A stretch of DNA of 47,457 nucleotides, taken from IMG/VR virus record IMGVR_UViG_3300002460_000007; one strand, 5' to 3'. This DNA comes from a virus. The position numbers were made by a program, and so were the translations under genes. The notes beneath the pieces were generated by a model. That model worked only from the letters and a program-made list of their open reading frames with translations, made no database searches and had not been told where the DNA came from. Numbering within the stretch: the first letter of the stretch is position 1; every line of letters begins with the position of its first letter. Positions 1-6,046 of the stretch are shown piece after piece.

Positions 1-43
1 ACAATCGCCACACCAAGAGGCGCTGCTAGTACACTCACCACAA
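1..43. repeat. Terminal identity, left copy: identical to 47415-47457
   Basis: Direct comparison of both ends: acaatcgccacaccaagaggcgctgctagtacactcaccacaa. The identity ends at 43 nt. Confidence 0.9.
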
Positions 44-100
44 CGTCTGCATGAGTGGCAGCAATCAGTACAGGTGCCACAATCGCCACACCAAGAGGCG
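1..100 (-). repeat. 78-bp coding tandem repeat: full unit 1-78 plus a partial diverging unit from 79
   Basis: 1-23 equals 79-101. The unit encodes a 26-aa Cys ladder, CGDCGTCTDCCHSCRRCGECTSSASW, on the minus strand. Confidence 0.85.
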
Positions 101-624
101 CAGCTAGAACAACTCCGAACTCCACAGTCCCCGCAAACCGAAAACCCCCTCACGAACTCATTGCAGTCTGAACACCAATGGTCGCACCCCTCACACTCAC
201 ACTCCGCACAATTTGGACACCTATTAGTATCTTCCTTGCATTCCTCACACTCTAATTGCAGTTTCCACAGGAATCTTTGCACAGCCGATAATAGGTCAAA
301 AGTCTCCCCAGTAGATTGTGCTACCTTTTCGGCAGTTTGGTAATGCTTCGCACACCAATACAAGCCCTCGATACTTCTCGTTCCCTCAAATAGACAGATT
401 ACACAAGACAGAGAATGGGCAGAGACAAGGGCATCATGCATTTGTACCATATACATAAATGGTGCATCCGCATATCCTAATGTTCCTGCTAATCTGATTA
501 TTTCGTTGTAGCAGTCCTTACAGAGATAAACATCCTCCTTGTATTGTTTTATGTTACGCGGTTCTGAAAGAGTCCAAGTAACAACAGCAACACCATGTCC
601 AAAGATGCATTGAGGTGCGTTCAT
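1..624 (-). CDS. N-terminal part (208 codons) of a junction-spanning Cys-ladder protein of about 456 aa; continues at 47414 down to 46668
   Basis: ATG at 624-622 with aggag upstream. I translated all 208 codons on the minus strand with no stop down to base 1 (MNAPQCIFGHGVAVV...CHSCRRCGECTSSASWCGDC). It is absent from the ORF track because it runs off the window. Confidence 0.8.
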   Translation of the reverse strand, partial: MNAPQCIFGHGVAVVTWTLSEPRNIKQYKEDVYLCKDCYNEIIRLAGTLGYADAPFMYMVQMHDALVSAHSLSCVICLFEGTRSIEGLYWCAKHYQTAEKVAQSTGETFDLLSAVQRFLWKLQLECEECKEDTNRCPNCAECECEGCDHWCSDCNEFVRGFSVCGDCGVRSCSSCASWCGDCGTCTDCCHSCRRCGECTSSASWCGDC

Positions 625-627
625 GCT

Positions 628-726
628 TTACTCCTGTTGGTCTATCTCTTTCACGGCGGCGATAGCGGCGCGGTTGTCTATGCATTGGCCCCAAGAATCT
701 GTAAAGCATACGTCACATATCATCAT
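628..726 (-). CDS. Small early protein, 32 aa (MMICDVCFTDSWGQCID...)
   Basis: ATGATG preceded by gaggag. Its stop lies 4 nt before the next ATG (624). Below the track size cut-off. Confidence 0.45.
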   Translation of the reverse strand: MMICDVCFTDSWGQCIDNRAAIAAVKEIDQQE

Positions 727-727
727 G

Positions 728-904
728 TTAACTCCTCGAATTCCGATAAGGGATATACTCCCTACCATGAATAACAATCGCCGTGCTCAGGGGATTAGGA
801 TACTCTACCTTCTTTGCCCTCCTTGCTCGTGTACGTGCGGCCTTCTGTCCTGCGAGCTTACGCATTAGTGCTTTGTGTTCGAGAAGTTCTAGCTCTGTTG
901 CCAT
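728..904 (-). CDS. Small basic early protein, 58 aa (track ORF 728-967 trimmed to the ATG with an SD)
   Basis: SD aaaggagaga before ATG 904. Promoter 956-984 lies just upstream. Confidence 0.5.
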   Translation of the reverse strand: MATELELLEHKALMRKLAGQKAARTRARRAKKVEYPNPLSTAIVIHGREYIPYRNSRS

Positions 905-955
905 TGCTGTCTCTCCTTTTCTCTCCTTGCCGCCCCATTCGGAGCGGCCACGACT

Positions 956-984
956 ATTATCGCACACTCCGAGAATCGTGTCAA
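956..984 (-). promoter_or_regulatory. Sigma70-type promoter: ggggTTGACA-17-tgcGATAAT
   Basis: Read on the minus strand. The -35 is at 979-984 and the -10 at 956-961, with an extended TG. It is intergenic. Confidence 0.6.
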
Positions 985-1010
985 CCCCAGATAGGCTCAG
1001 AGATAGGTGC

Positions 1011-1184
1011 TCACCTCCTTGCTAGTGCCTTAGATAAGTCTGAGATAAGTCTTACAACATCATCATCTGACATCCCAATATAGTAATACTTAGTCTTGTC
1101 TATGTAAGGTACAAACTCCAAGACTATAGCCCCATCTTGAAATCGGATATTGTAATCAACAATCTTGCCAGCTTGGTCTCTCAT
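1011..1184 (-). CDS. Small early protein, 57 aa (MRDQAGKIVDYNIRFQDG...)
   Basis: ATG 1184 preceded by gagaggagaag. Open to TGA at 1013-1011. Below the track size cut-off. Confidence 0.5.
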   Translation of the reverse strand: MRDQAGKIVDYNIRFQDGAIVLEFVPYIDKTKYYYIGMSDDDVVRLISDLSKALARR

Positions 1185-1228
1185 TTCTTCTCCTCTCTCT
1201 AGTGACCGCTCTCCAGTCGGCCACCATC

Positions 1229-1256
1229 ATTTTACCACAACCGCACCCGATGTCAA
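1229..1256 (-). promoter_or_regulatory. Leftward early promoter: ggggTTGACA-16-tggTAAAAT
   Basis: Minus strand. It is divergent from the promoter at 1359. Confidence 0.6.
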
Positions 1257-1358
1257 CCCCAGACTATCGCTTGCCTATAGATACTTCGCCCCTGCCTTTC
1301 TCAATAACCCCTTACGCACCCACAGTCTACCCTTATGCCTTACGCCTGTGCTTGGGGC

Positions 1359-1387
1359 TTGACAAACTTGCTTAAATATGTTATGCT
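1359..1387 (+). promoter_or_regulatory. Rightward early promoter: TTGACA-17-tgtTATGCT
   Basis: Perfect -35, 17-nt spacer and extended -10. Confidence 0.7.
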
Positions 1388-1393
1388 AGAAGC

Positions 1394-1419
1394 AGTGATT
1401 CGCGGGAGTCTTATTAAGG
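1394..1419 (+). promoter_or_regulatory. Promoter-proximal leader box: AGTGATTCGCGGGAGTCTTATTAAGG
   Basis: 19 of the first 20 nt are identical to the minus-strand leader at 30005-30030. Both sit the same 6 nt from their -10. Confidence 0.6.
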
Positions 1420-1550
1420 CACGGCCTATCACTTAGTCGGAGAGAGAATTGCCCAGCTTTGCACAGTTTCTCGCCGACTGTCTACCAAAATAACGCATAC
1501 CGACAGGCGAGTTTACCCTTAGCCCTTACCCTAGCCTTGAGCCGTGAGAT

Positions 1551-1898
1551 TTGCGCGTTTCGGCTGTCAGAGGGTCGCCAGCACGCGCATGTGCGGTCAA
1601 CAGATATGGGGCCGCTGTTGGGGTATGGGCAACAAAAAACGCGCCGTCTGTTGGCGCGTACAATGTGTCCCATGTCATATTGTCTCTAGGGTGTCAACAT
1701 TGTGGATACAACGAGCATGCCTACGCTTTGGACTTAGACCACATTGACCCATCCACTAAGTTTGCTCCGGTCAGTGCGATGGTGGGTAGCTACACCCTCA
1801 ACAGACTAAAAAAAGAGGTGGCAAAATGCACTGTCCTATGTGCAATCTGCCACCGTATTAAAACCTGGGAACCCGAACGGCTGTCCCTAGCGGTCTAG
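1551..1898 (+). CDS. HNH homing endonuclease; true start probably GTG 1665 or TTG 1680
   Basis: CQHC...LDLDHIDP...NRL...CAICHRIK, i.e. CxxC / DH / N / CxxCH, a zinc-type beta-beta-alpha-Me finger. Confidence 0.75.
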   Translation: MRVSAVRGSPARACAVNRYGAAVGVWATKNAPSVGAYNVSHVILSLGCQHCGYNEHAYALDLDHIDPSTKFAPVSAMVGSYTLNRLKKEVAKCTVLCAICHRIKTWEPERLSLAV

Positions 1899-1935
1899 GA
1901 TGCTATCTACGCGCTATCTACTCACTATGCGTTCG

Positions 1936-2286
1936 TTACTTCGCCTGGAGTAGCTTAGTAGCCACCGTTAGGGCATTGGCGCTTACTGTCGCAGGCGAGC
2001 TAGCCGGGGCCTTGTCCGGTAGGTAGAACCGAACGCCGCCTTTTGCGGGTAGACGGACTATCTCGCCCGTGTCAGTCATGGCATCGGTCACGGCCCGAAC
2101 AGCTTGGGTATCGATGCCAAACTCCGCACTAACCAGCTTGTTGAATGACAGATTGCCAGCCCACACAAGCGGGAAATTGCAGTGTACGCCGTTGAATCCC
2201 GTTTGCTTTGCGTTGACCGCAATCAGCTTGAGGATAAACAGACGTATCGCCAGCCCCGTTGTCTTACCCTTGCCTCGTGTTGTCAT
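1936..2286 (-). CDS. Putative winged-helix DNA-binding protein, 116 aa
   Basis: LSFNKLVSAEFGIDTQAVRAVTDAMTDTGEIVRLPAKGG resembles an HTH plus wing. The N-terminal GKGKTTG is P-loop-like. SD aagggaag. Confidence 0.45.
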   Translation of the reverse strand: MTTRGKGKTTGLAIRLFILKLIAVNAKQTGFNGVHCNFPLVWAGNLSFNKLVSAEFGIDTQAVRAVTDAMTDTGEIVRLPAKGGVRFYLPDKAPASSPATVSANALTVATKLLQAK

Positions 2287-2292
2287 TGGAGT

Positions 2293-2502
2293 CTACTTCC
2301 CTTCCTTGTCACCGTAACACGGGCGACATACAAACTGCCCATCATCTGTGAGCACTACATCTCGGACAGACTGCGAACAGTCTGCGCAGTAAATGTCATG
2401 CCCATGCCTCAGCCAATCGCTCAAATAAGAGACTAGATATTCCCGCTCATCTGGCGATAGCTCAGGGTCTGCTGTACCGATGCAATAGCTCGGTACTGTC
2501 AT
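2293..2502 (-). CDS. Zinc-ribbon protein, 69 aa (track ORF trimmed to the ATG with an SD)
   Basis: CADC...CRPC pairs. SD ggaagga before ATG 2502. Confidence 0.5.
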   Translation of the reverse strand: MTVPSYCIGTADPELSPDEREYLVSYLSDWLRHGHDIYCADCSQSVRDVVLTDDGQFVCRPCYGDKEGK

Positions 2503-2538
2503 GGGAGTATCCTTCCCGACAACGCGCAGAAGCATTCT

Positions 2539-2560
2539 AAACCGCTAGTGAAAGCGGTTT
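2539..2560. terminator. Intergenic hairpin aaaccgct-agtgaa-agcggttt
   Basis: Perfect 8-bp stem. The T run is partly inside the stem and the flanks are weakly U-rich. Confidence 0.35.
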
Positions 2561-2567
2561 GGATTGT

Positions 2568-2596
2568 GAATCAATGCCCTAGCTTGACTGTCGGGC
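2568..2596. repeat. Left arm of a 29-bp inverted repeat (27/29 with 2881-2909)
   Basis: GAATCAATGCCCTAgCtTGACTGTCGGGC compared with the reverse complement of 2881-2909. Confidence 0.85.
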
Positions 2597-2606
2597 GAAT
2601 TGTCAG

Positions 2607-2864
2607 TCAGGAAATCTCTTGCGGATTGCTTAGGTCACTAAGACGCCAGCCGAATGACCGCCACCTCCCAGGAGTCACCTGATAGGATGCATTGGCTTTG
2701 TTGCCGTGAAAGACGCGAACGAGCCCTATCCGTCGTTCGCCTTTGCGCGTTAGCTCCACGCAATCCTCGCTTGTACAGGGAAAGCATGCGTCATACCTAA
2801 GCATGTCAAAGGGGAAGTATCCGCTTCCCGATACGTTGAATGTCAGGCGGTATAGCTTGGCCAT
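2607..2864 (-). CDS. Hypothetical protein, 85 aa, bracketed by the 29-bp inverted repeats
   Basis: Only long ORF between the repeats. The SD is weak. Confidence 0.5.
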   Translation of the reverse strand: MAKLYRLTFNVSGSGYFPFDMLRYDACFPCTSEDCVELTRKGERRIGLVRVFHGNKANASYQVTPGRWRSFGWRLSDLSNPQEIS

Positions 2865-2880
2865 CGGGAGCTCACTCTCT

Positions 2881-2909
2881 GCCCGACAGTCAGGTTAGGG
2901 CATTGATTC
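2881..2909. repeat. Right arm of the 29-bp inverted repeat
   Basis: gcccgacagtcaggttagggcattgattc. Confidence 0.85.
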
Positions 2910-3007
2910 GTATTGCGGCGGCTCTGGAAGTCACGGTGGGGGACTTTTGCTGCCAGCTTGTCCGCCGTGCGCCTGATATGTGGGCGCTATGTGAATGTAC
3001 TATGATG

Positions 3008-3037
3008 AGGGTACTCCGTTCATTCGGCGTTTGTCAA
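3008..3037 (-). promoter_or_regulatory. Possible weak leftward promoter: gTTGACAAAC-18-TACCCT
   Basis: The -35 matches the phage promoter family. The -10 is only a TAnnnT match. Confidence 0.3.
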
Positions 3038-3358
3038 CTTGCGTCGCGTTCCTATCACAGCCCAAATGCACCCAAATACTCCCACGTCAGATAGGGGCAT
3101 CTCAGAATAGCTCATCCTCAGATACGACTTCATATACCCCCTGGGGGTATGCCCATCGTACGCCGCACGTGCACAGGCAGGCGCGAGGGATAGGATGTCC
3201 ATCGGACAAGGCACGGCCCGCGAAACCAGACCCTTAACTTTCTATGGTATCAAGAATTAATAGGGGGGTAGGTACTTAAATCGAGAGCGGGATTTTCTGC
3301 AAAGGGTGGTCAAAAGGGGGTGTTATAAATAGGCAGAAATATAAAATAGTGTGGGGGC

Positions 3359-3387
3359 TTGACAAAGGTGCGCGGATATGTTATAAT
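3359..3387 (+). promoter_or_regulatory. Consensus promoter: TTGACA-17-tgtTATAAT
   Basis: Perfect hexamers and extended -10. Confidence 0.8.
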
Positions 3388-3397
3388 GTAGGCAAAG

Positions 3398-3616
3398 ATG
3401 AGTAATGTTATGGAGGAGGGAAAGATGCAGTCAATGAGCGGGAGCAATTCGTCCTTTGTCTTGTGTACTTATTGTAATAGGTATCCGTGCTCTTGTTACA
3501 TTAATTATAGACCTTTTGCCTGTGAGCACTGTTACTGCAGTGAATACTCCAATGACCATCTACAGTGTTGTAAGTGTTATACAACTATGCACAAGAAGTT
3601 CGTTGAGAAGATGTAA
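3398..3616 (+). CDS. Small Cys-rich protein; alternative start ATG 3425 after ggaggaggg
   Basis: 12 Cys in the last 63 aa (CTYCNRYPCSCY...CEHCYCSE...CCKCY). It has its own promoter. Confidence 0.6.
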   Translation: MSNVMEEGKMQSMSGSNSSFVLCTYCNRYPCSCYINYRPFACEHCYCSEYSNDHLQCCKCYTTMHKKFVEKM

Positions 3617-3637
3617 TTGATAACTTTCCCTCACATC

Positions 3638-3666
3638 TTGACAAACTCTTTCAAATGGTGTATAAT
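3638..3666 (+). promoter_or_regulatory. Consensus promoter: TTGACA-17-TATAAT, head of the structural arm
   Basis: Perfect hexamers. Confidence 0.8.
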
Positions 3667-3680
3667 AGCAAGGAACGAGC

Positions 3681-3696
3681 GCAGGGGGTCTTTATA
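3681..3696 (+). promoter_or_regulatory. Conserved downstream box: GCAGGGGGTCTTTATA
   Basis: GGGGGTC starts 18 nt after the -10. GGGGGTC (3685-3691) can pair with GACCCCC (3722-3728) around the terS ATG. Confidence 0.55.
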
Positions 3697-3703
3697 ATAA
3701 CAA

Positions 3704-4132
3704 ATGGCCGTAACCAAGCTTGACCCCCGAAAAGAGAAAGCAGCCCTCCTCATCGCTGAGGGATGGAAACAGGTAGACGTAGCCCGTGAGATGGGAGTTT
3801 ACCCACAGACTGTCAGTCGGTGGATGAAGGAGGAGGACTTTACAGCAAGGATTGACGAACTTCGAGTAGACCTGACAAGTCAGGCCGTCACCTTGCTACG
3901 CGAAAGCGTAGTTGAGAATACCGAGATAGTCTTGAAGATTGCGAAACAAGGCGGCGAACCAGGAGTGGTTAGCTCACAATTAAAGGCCGCACTATGGGCA
4001 ATCGACAAGGTGCTCGGCAAATCAGCAGAGGAAACCGCTACGCGTTCAACTAGAGCGGTTAAATCTGTTGAATCTACTCTTCTAAAGCAACCAGAGGAAG
4101 AGTTGCAGGAGTTGCTTGATAGAGGGAAGTAG
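3704..4132 (+). CDS. terS: Terminase small subunit candidate (HTH protein)
   Basis: HTH-like VDVAREMGVYPQTVSRWMKEE. It overlaps the start of the large terminase. Confidence 0.65.
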   Translation: MAVTKLDPRKEKAALLIAEGWKQVDVAREMGVYPQTVSRWMKEEDFTARIDELRVDLTSQAVTLLRESVVENTEIVLKIAKQGGEPGVVSSQLKAALWAIDKVLGKSAEETATRSTRAVKSVESTLLKQPEEELQELLDRGK

Positions 4133-5522
4133 TAAAACAGAAAAGTTAATAAAGCGAGGGGAACGTGCTAGGCAGAATTTTGCCGAGTTTTGCCGCTTTG
4201 TACTTGGATTCAACCCCGCAGCGCACCAAAAACAGTGGATTGAAGAACTACAAAAGATAGGAGATGACCCAAATGGGCGGAAACTTATCATCATCGCTCC
4301 CCCTGGTAGTGGAAAGACCCAGCTTGTCGGTGTGGGATTTACTGCATGGATGCTTGGTAGGCTACCGGACAGACATTACGGACTTCTCTCCTACGCGGAC
4401 TCCGTTGGCTGGAGTCGTAGTTACGCCATTAGGAATCTCATCGAGTCTAGTCTCCCCTATCGCATTACCTTCCCAGAAGTCCGACCTGACAAGCGAAGAT
4501 GGGGCACCAGTGAGTTCCAAGTCTCTAGAACAGACCTCGCTGACCCACACCCAACTCTTAGGGCTGGTGGCACTACTTCGGCAGTCGTGGCATATAGACT
4601 CAATGGATTGGTCATTGACGACCCCCACGACCAAAAGAACTCAGGAACCAAGGCAAACCTAGACAAAGTTTGGGAAAACTACGACAACGCAATCTCCACG
4701 CGCCTCACCTCAGACGCTTGGGAAGTAGTAATTGGCACTAGGTGGAGTGATGCCGACTTTATCGGTCGGAAATTGAGCCAAAAGGGAGTAAAAGTCTTGC
4801 ACACTGCCGCACTTTTGCGCGGTGACAAGTCATATTGGGAGGAGGCTTATCCCGCTGAGTTCCTGATTAACAAGCGTTACCAATCTCCGGCCATGTTTGC
4901 CATGCAATATATGGGTGATACCAAGGGTGGAGAGGCCCAAATCATCCGTAAACTGCACACTTGGGACAGCTACAGTCGTCCTCCGAAGTATATAAGGGAT
5001 GAGCTTGACCTACTTGTGGCCTCTTCGTGGGATACAGCGTTCAAAGAGAAGGAACAAAACGATTTCACAGTTGGGTATATTGGGGGGATGGACAAGCACG
5101 GACGTATTTACATCCTTGACCGCATCAAAGGACGCTGGGGACTTCCTGGTTTGCTCGACCAAATCGCTGAATCTGCCCAAAAATGGAACGAATTTGCCAT
5201 TTGGGTCGAAGATGCGGCCTCTGGAACTCCCGCTGTACAGACTTTGATGGCCCACTCGATGCTTCCAGTCCAAGCAATGCCCTACAAAGGTGGGAAAATG
5301 ACCCGCGCCCACGCAATTGCACCGTTTTTGCACGGTGGACACGTACTTTTCCCTTCTGGAGAGGAGTGGTTCCCTGATTGTGAGTACCAATTGACTCATT
5401 ACCCGAACACAGGGCACGATGACGACTTGGACGCACTTTTTTTACTCATTGACAACCTTACCAAAATGAGGCATCCTTCAACAATCCTCAATCGACCAAG
5501 GATAATTATGGAGATGCGGTGA
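4116..5522 (+). CDS. terL: Terminase large subunit
   Basis: Walker A IIIAPPGSGKT and Walker B LVIDDPHD. The C-terminal nuclease-type acidic motifs include GHDDDLDAL. TTG start. Confidence 0.9.
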   Translation: MIEGSSKTEKLIKRGERARQNFAEFCRFVLGFNPAAHQKQWIEELQKIGDDPNGRKLIIIAPPGSGKTQLVGVGFTAWMLGRLPDRHYGLLSYADSVGWSRSYAIRNLIESSLPYRITFPEVRPDKRRWGTSEFQVSRTDLADPHPTLRAGGTTSAVVAYRLNGLVIDDPHDQKNSGTKANLDKVWENYDNAISTRLTSDAWEVVIGTRWSDADFIGRKLSQKGVKVLHTAALLRGDKSYWEEAYPAEFLINKRYQSPAMFAMQYMGDTKGGEAQIIRKLHTWDSYSRPPKYIRDELDLLVASSWDTAFKEKEQNDFTVGYIGGMDKHGRIYILDRIKGRWGLPGLLDQIAESAQKWNEFAIWVEDAASGTPAVQTLMAHSMLPVQAMPYKGGKMTRAHAIAPFLHGGHVLFPSGEEWFPDCEYQLTHYPNTGHDDDLDALFLLIDNLTKMRHPSTILNRPRIIMEMR

Positions 5523-5525
5523 GCT

Positions 5526-5885
5526 ATGTCTATAAAACCTAAGAACTGTATGTCTAGTCGTGTTCTATCTATGACAGAGGTCGAAAGAGCCTGGATAGGA
5601 GCCTTGATAGAGGGAGAGGGACATGCTAGTTACAGAACCAATGGCCAAACTCCTGTTCTCTACCCCTACGTTGGTGTTTCTAACACCGACCCAGAAGTGA
5701 TATCAGTTCTTCTACGGAAAGTAGGTGCTGGTTCCATATCAGCGATATGGCCCAAAGGGTTAGGGAATAAGCTTATATTTCATTGGAATTTGCGGCGTAG
5801 AGCAGAAGTTCTAGATATCGTAGAGCAGTGTAAAGATTACAGTATGAAGCTACAGAAACTTGCTTCATGGTTAGGAGGGCAGTAG
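5526..5885 (+). CDS. LAGLIDADG homing endonuclease, single-motif type
   Basis: AWIGALIEGEGHASY motif. It is AT-richer than its flanks. Confidence 0.75.
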   Translation: MSIKPKNCMSSRVLSMTEVERAWIGALIEGEGHASYRTNGQTPVLYPYVGVSNTDPEVISVLLRKVGAGSISAIWPKGLGNKLIFHWNLRRRAEVLDIVEQCKDYSMKLQKLASWLGGQ

Positions 5886-6046
5886 TCATAGCTTTCTATA
5901 CGTACAAGTGTGACCGCGACGGCACGGAATGGGATGAAATTAGACTAATGCAGCACCGCGATGTCCCTGTTGGGTGCCCCACTTGCAGCAAAGAGGACAA
6001 AGTGCACCGTGTACTGACCACTCCGGCGCTGATAAAGGTCAACTAA
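5867..6046 (+). CDS. FmdB/CxxC-type zinc-ribbon protein, 59 aa
   Basis: MVRRAVVIAFYTYKCDRDG...VGCPTCSKEDKVHRV. Ends in TAATG coupled to the portal ATG. One residue below the track cut-off. Confidence 0.55.
   Translation: MVRRAVVIAFYTYKCDRDGTEWDEIRLMQHRDVPVGCPTCSKEDKVHRVLTTPALIKVN

Noticed and set aside
1-100. Could the 78-bp repeats at the window ends be a CRISPR array or non-coding terminal repeats?
   Set aside because: The units are directly tandem with no spacers. They are in frame and encode a Cys ladder within a continuous ORF. This is not CRISPR-like and not a typical non-coding DTR.
74-1362. Plus-strand track ORFs 74-343, 623-868, 783-1025, 814-1083 and 1165-1362
   Set aside because: They have low-complexity Ser/Pro/Leu/His-rich translations and no SD. 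They lie antisense to minus-strand genes that do have SDs, coupling and promoters, so they are shadow ORFs.
1544-1747. Programmed frameshift joining the small ORF MGNKKRAVCWRVQCVPCH (ATG 1625) to the HNH frame
   Set aside because: I see no slippery heptamer at the overlap. The HNH core (CxxC...DH...N...CxxCH) is complete on its own from GTG 1665 or TTG 1680. I keep it only as an open question.
5974-6045. Portal start at 5974, as given by the ORF track
   Set aside because: It has a non-ATG start with no SD and overlaps the FmdB-like ORF. ATG 6046 is coupled by TAATG.
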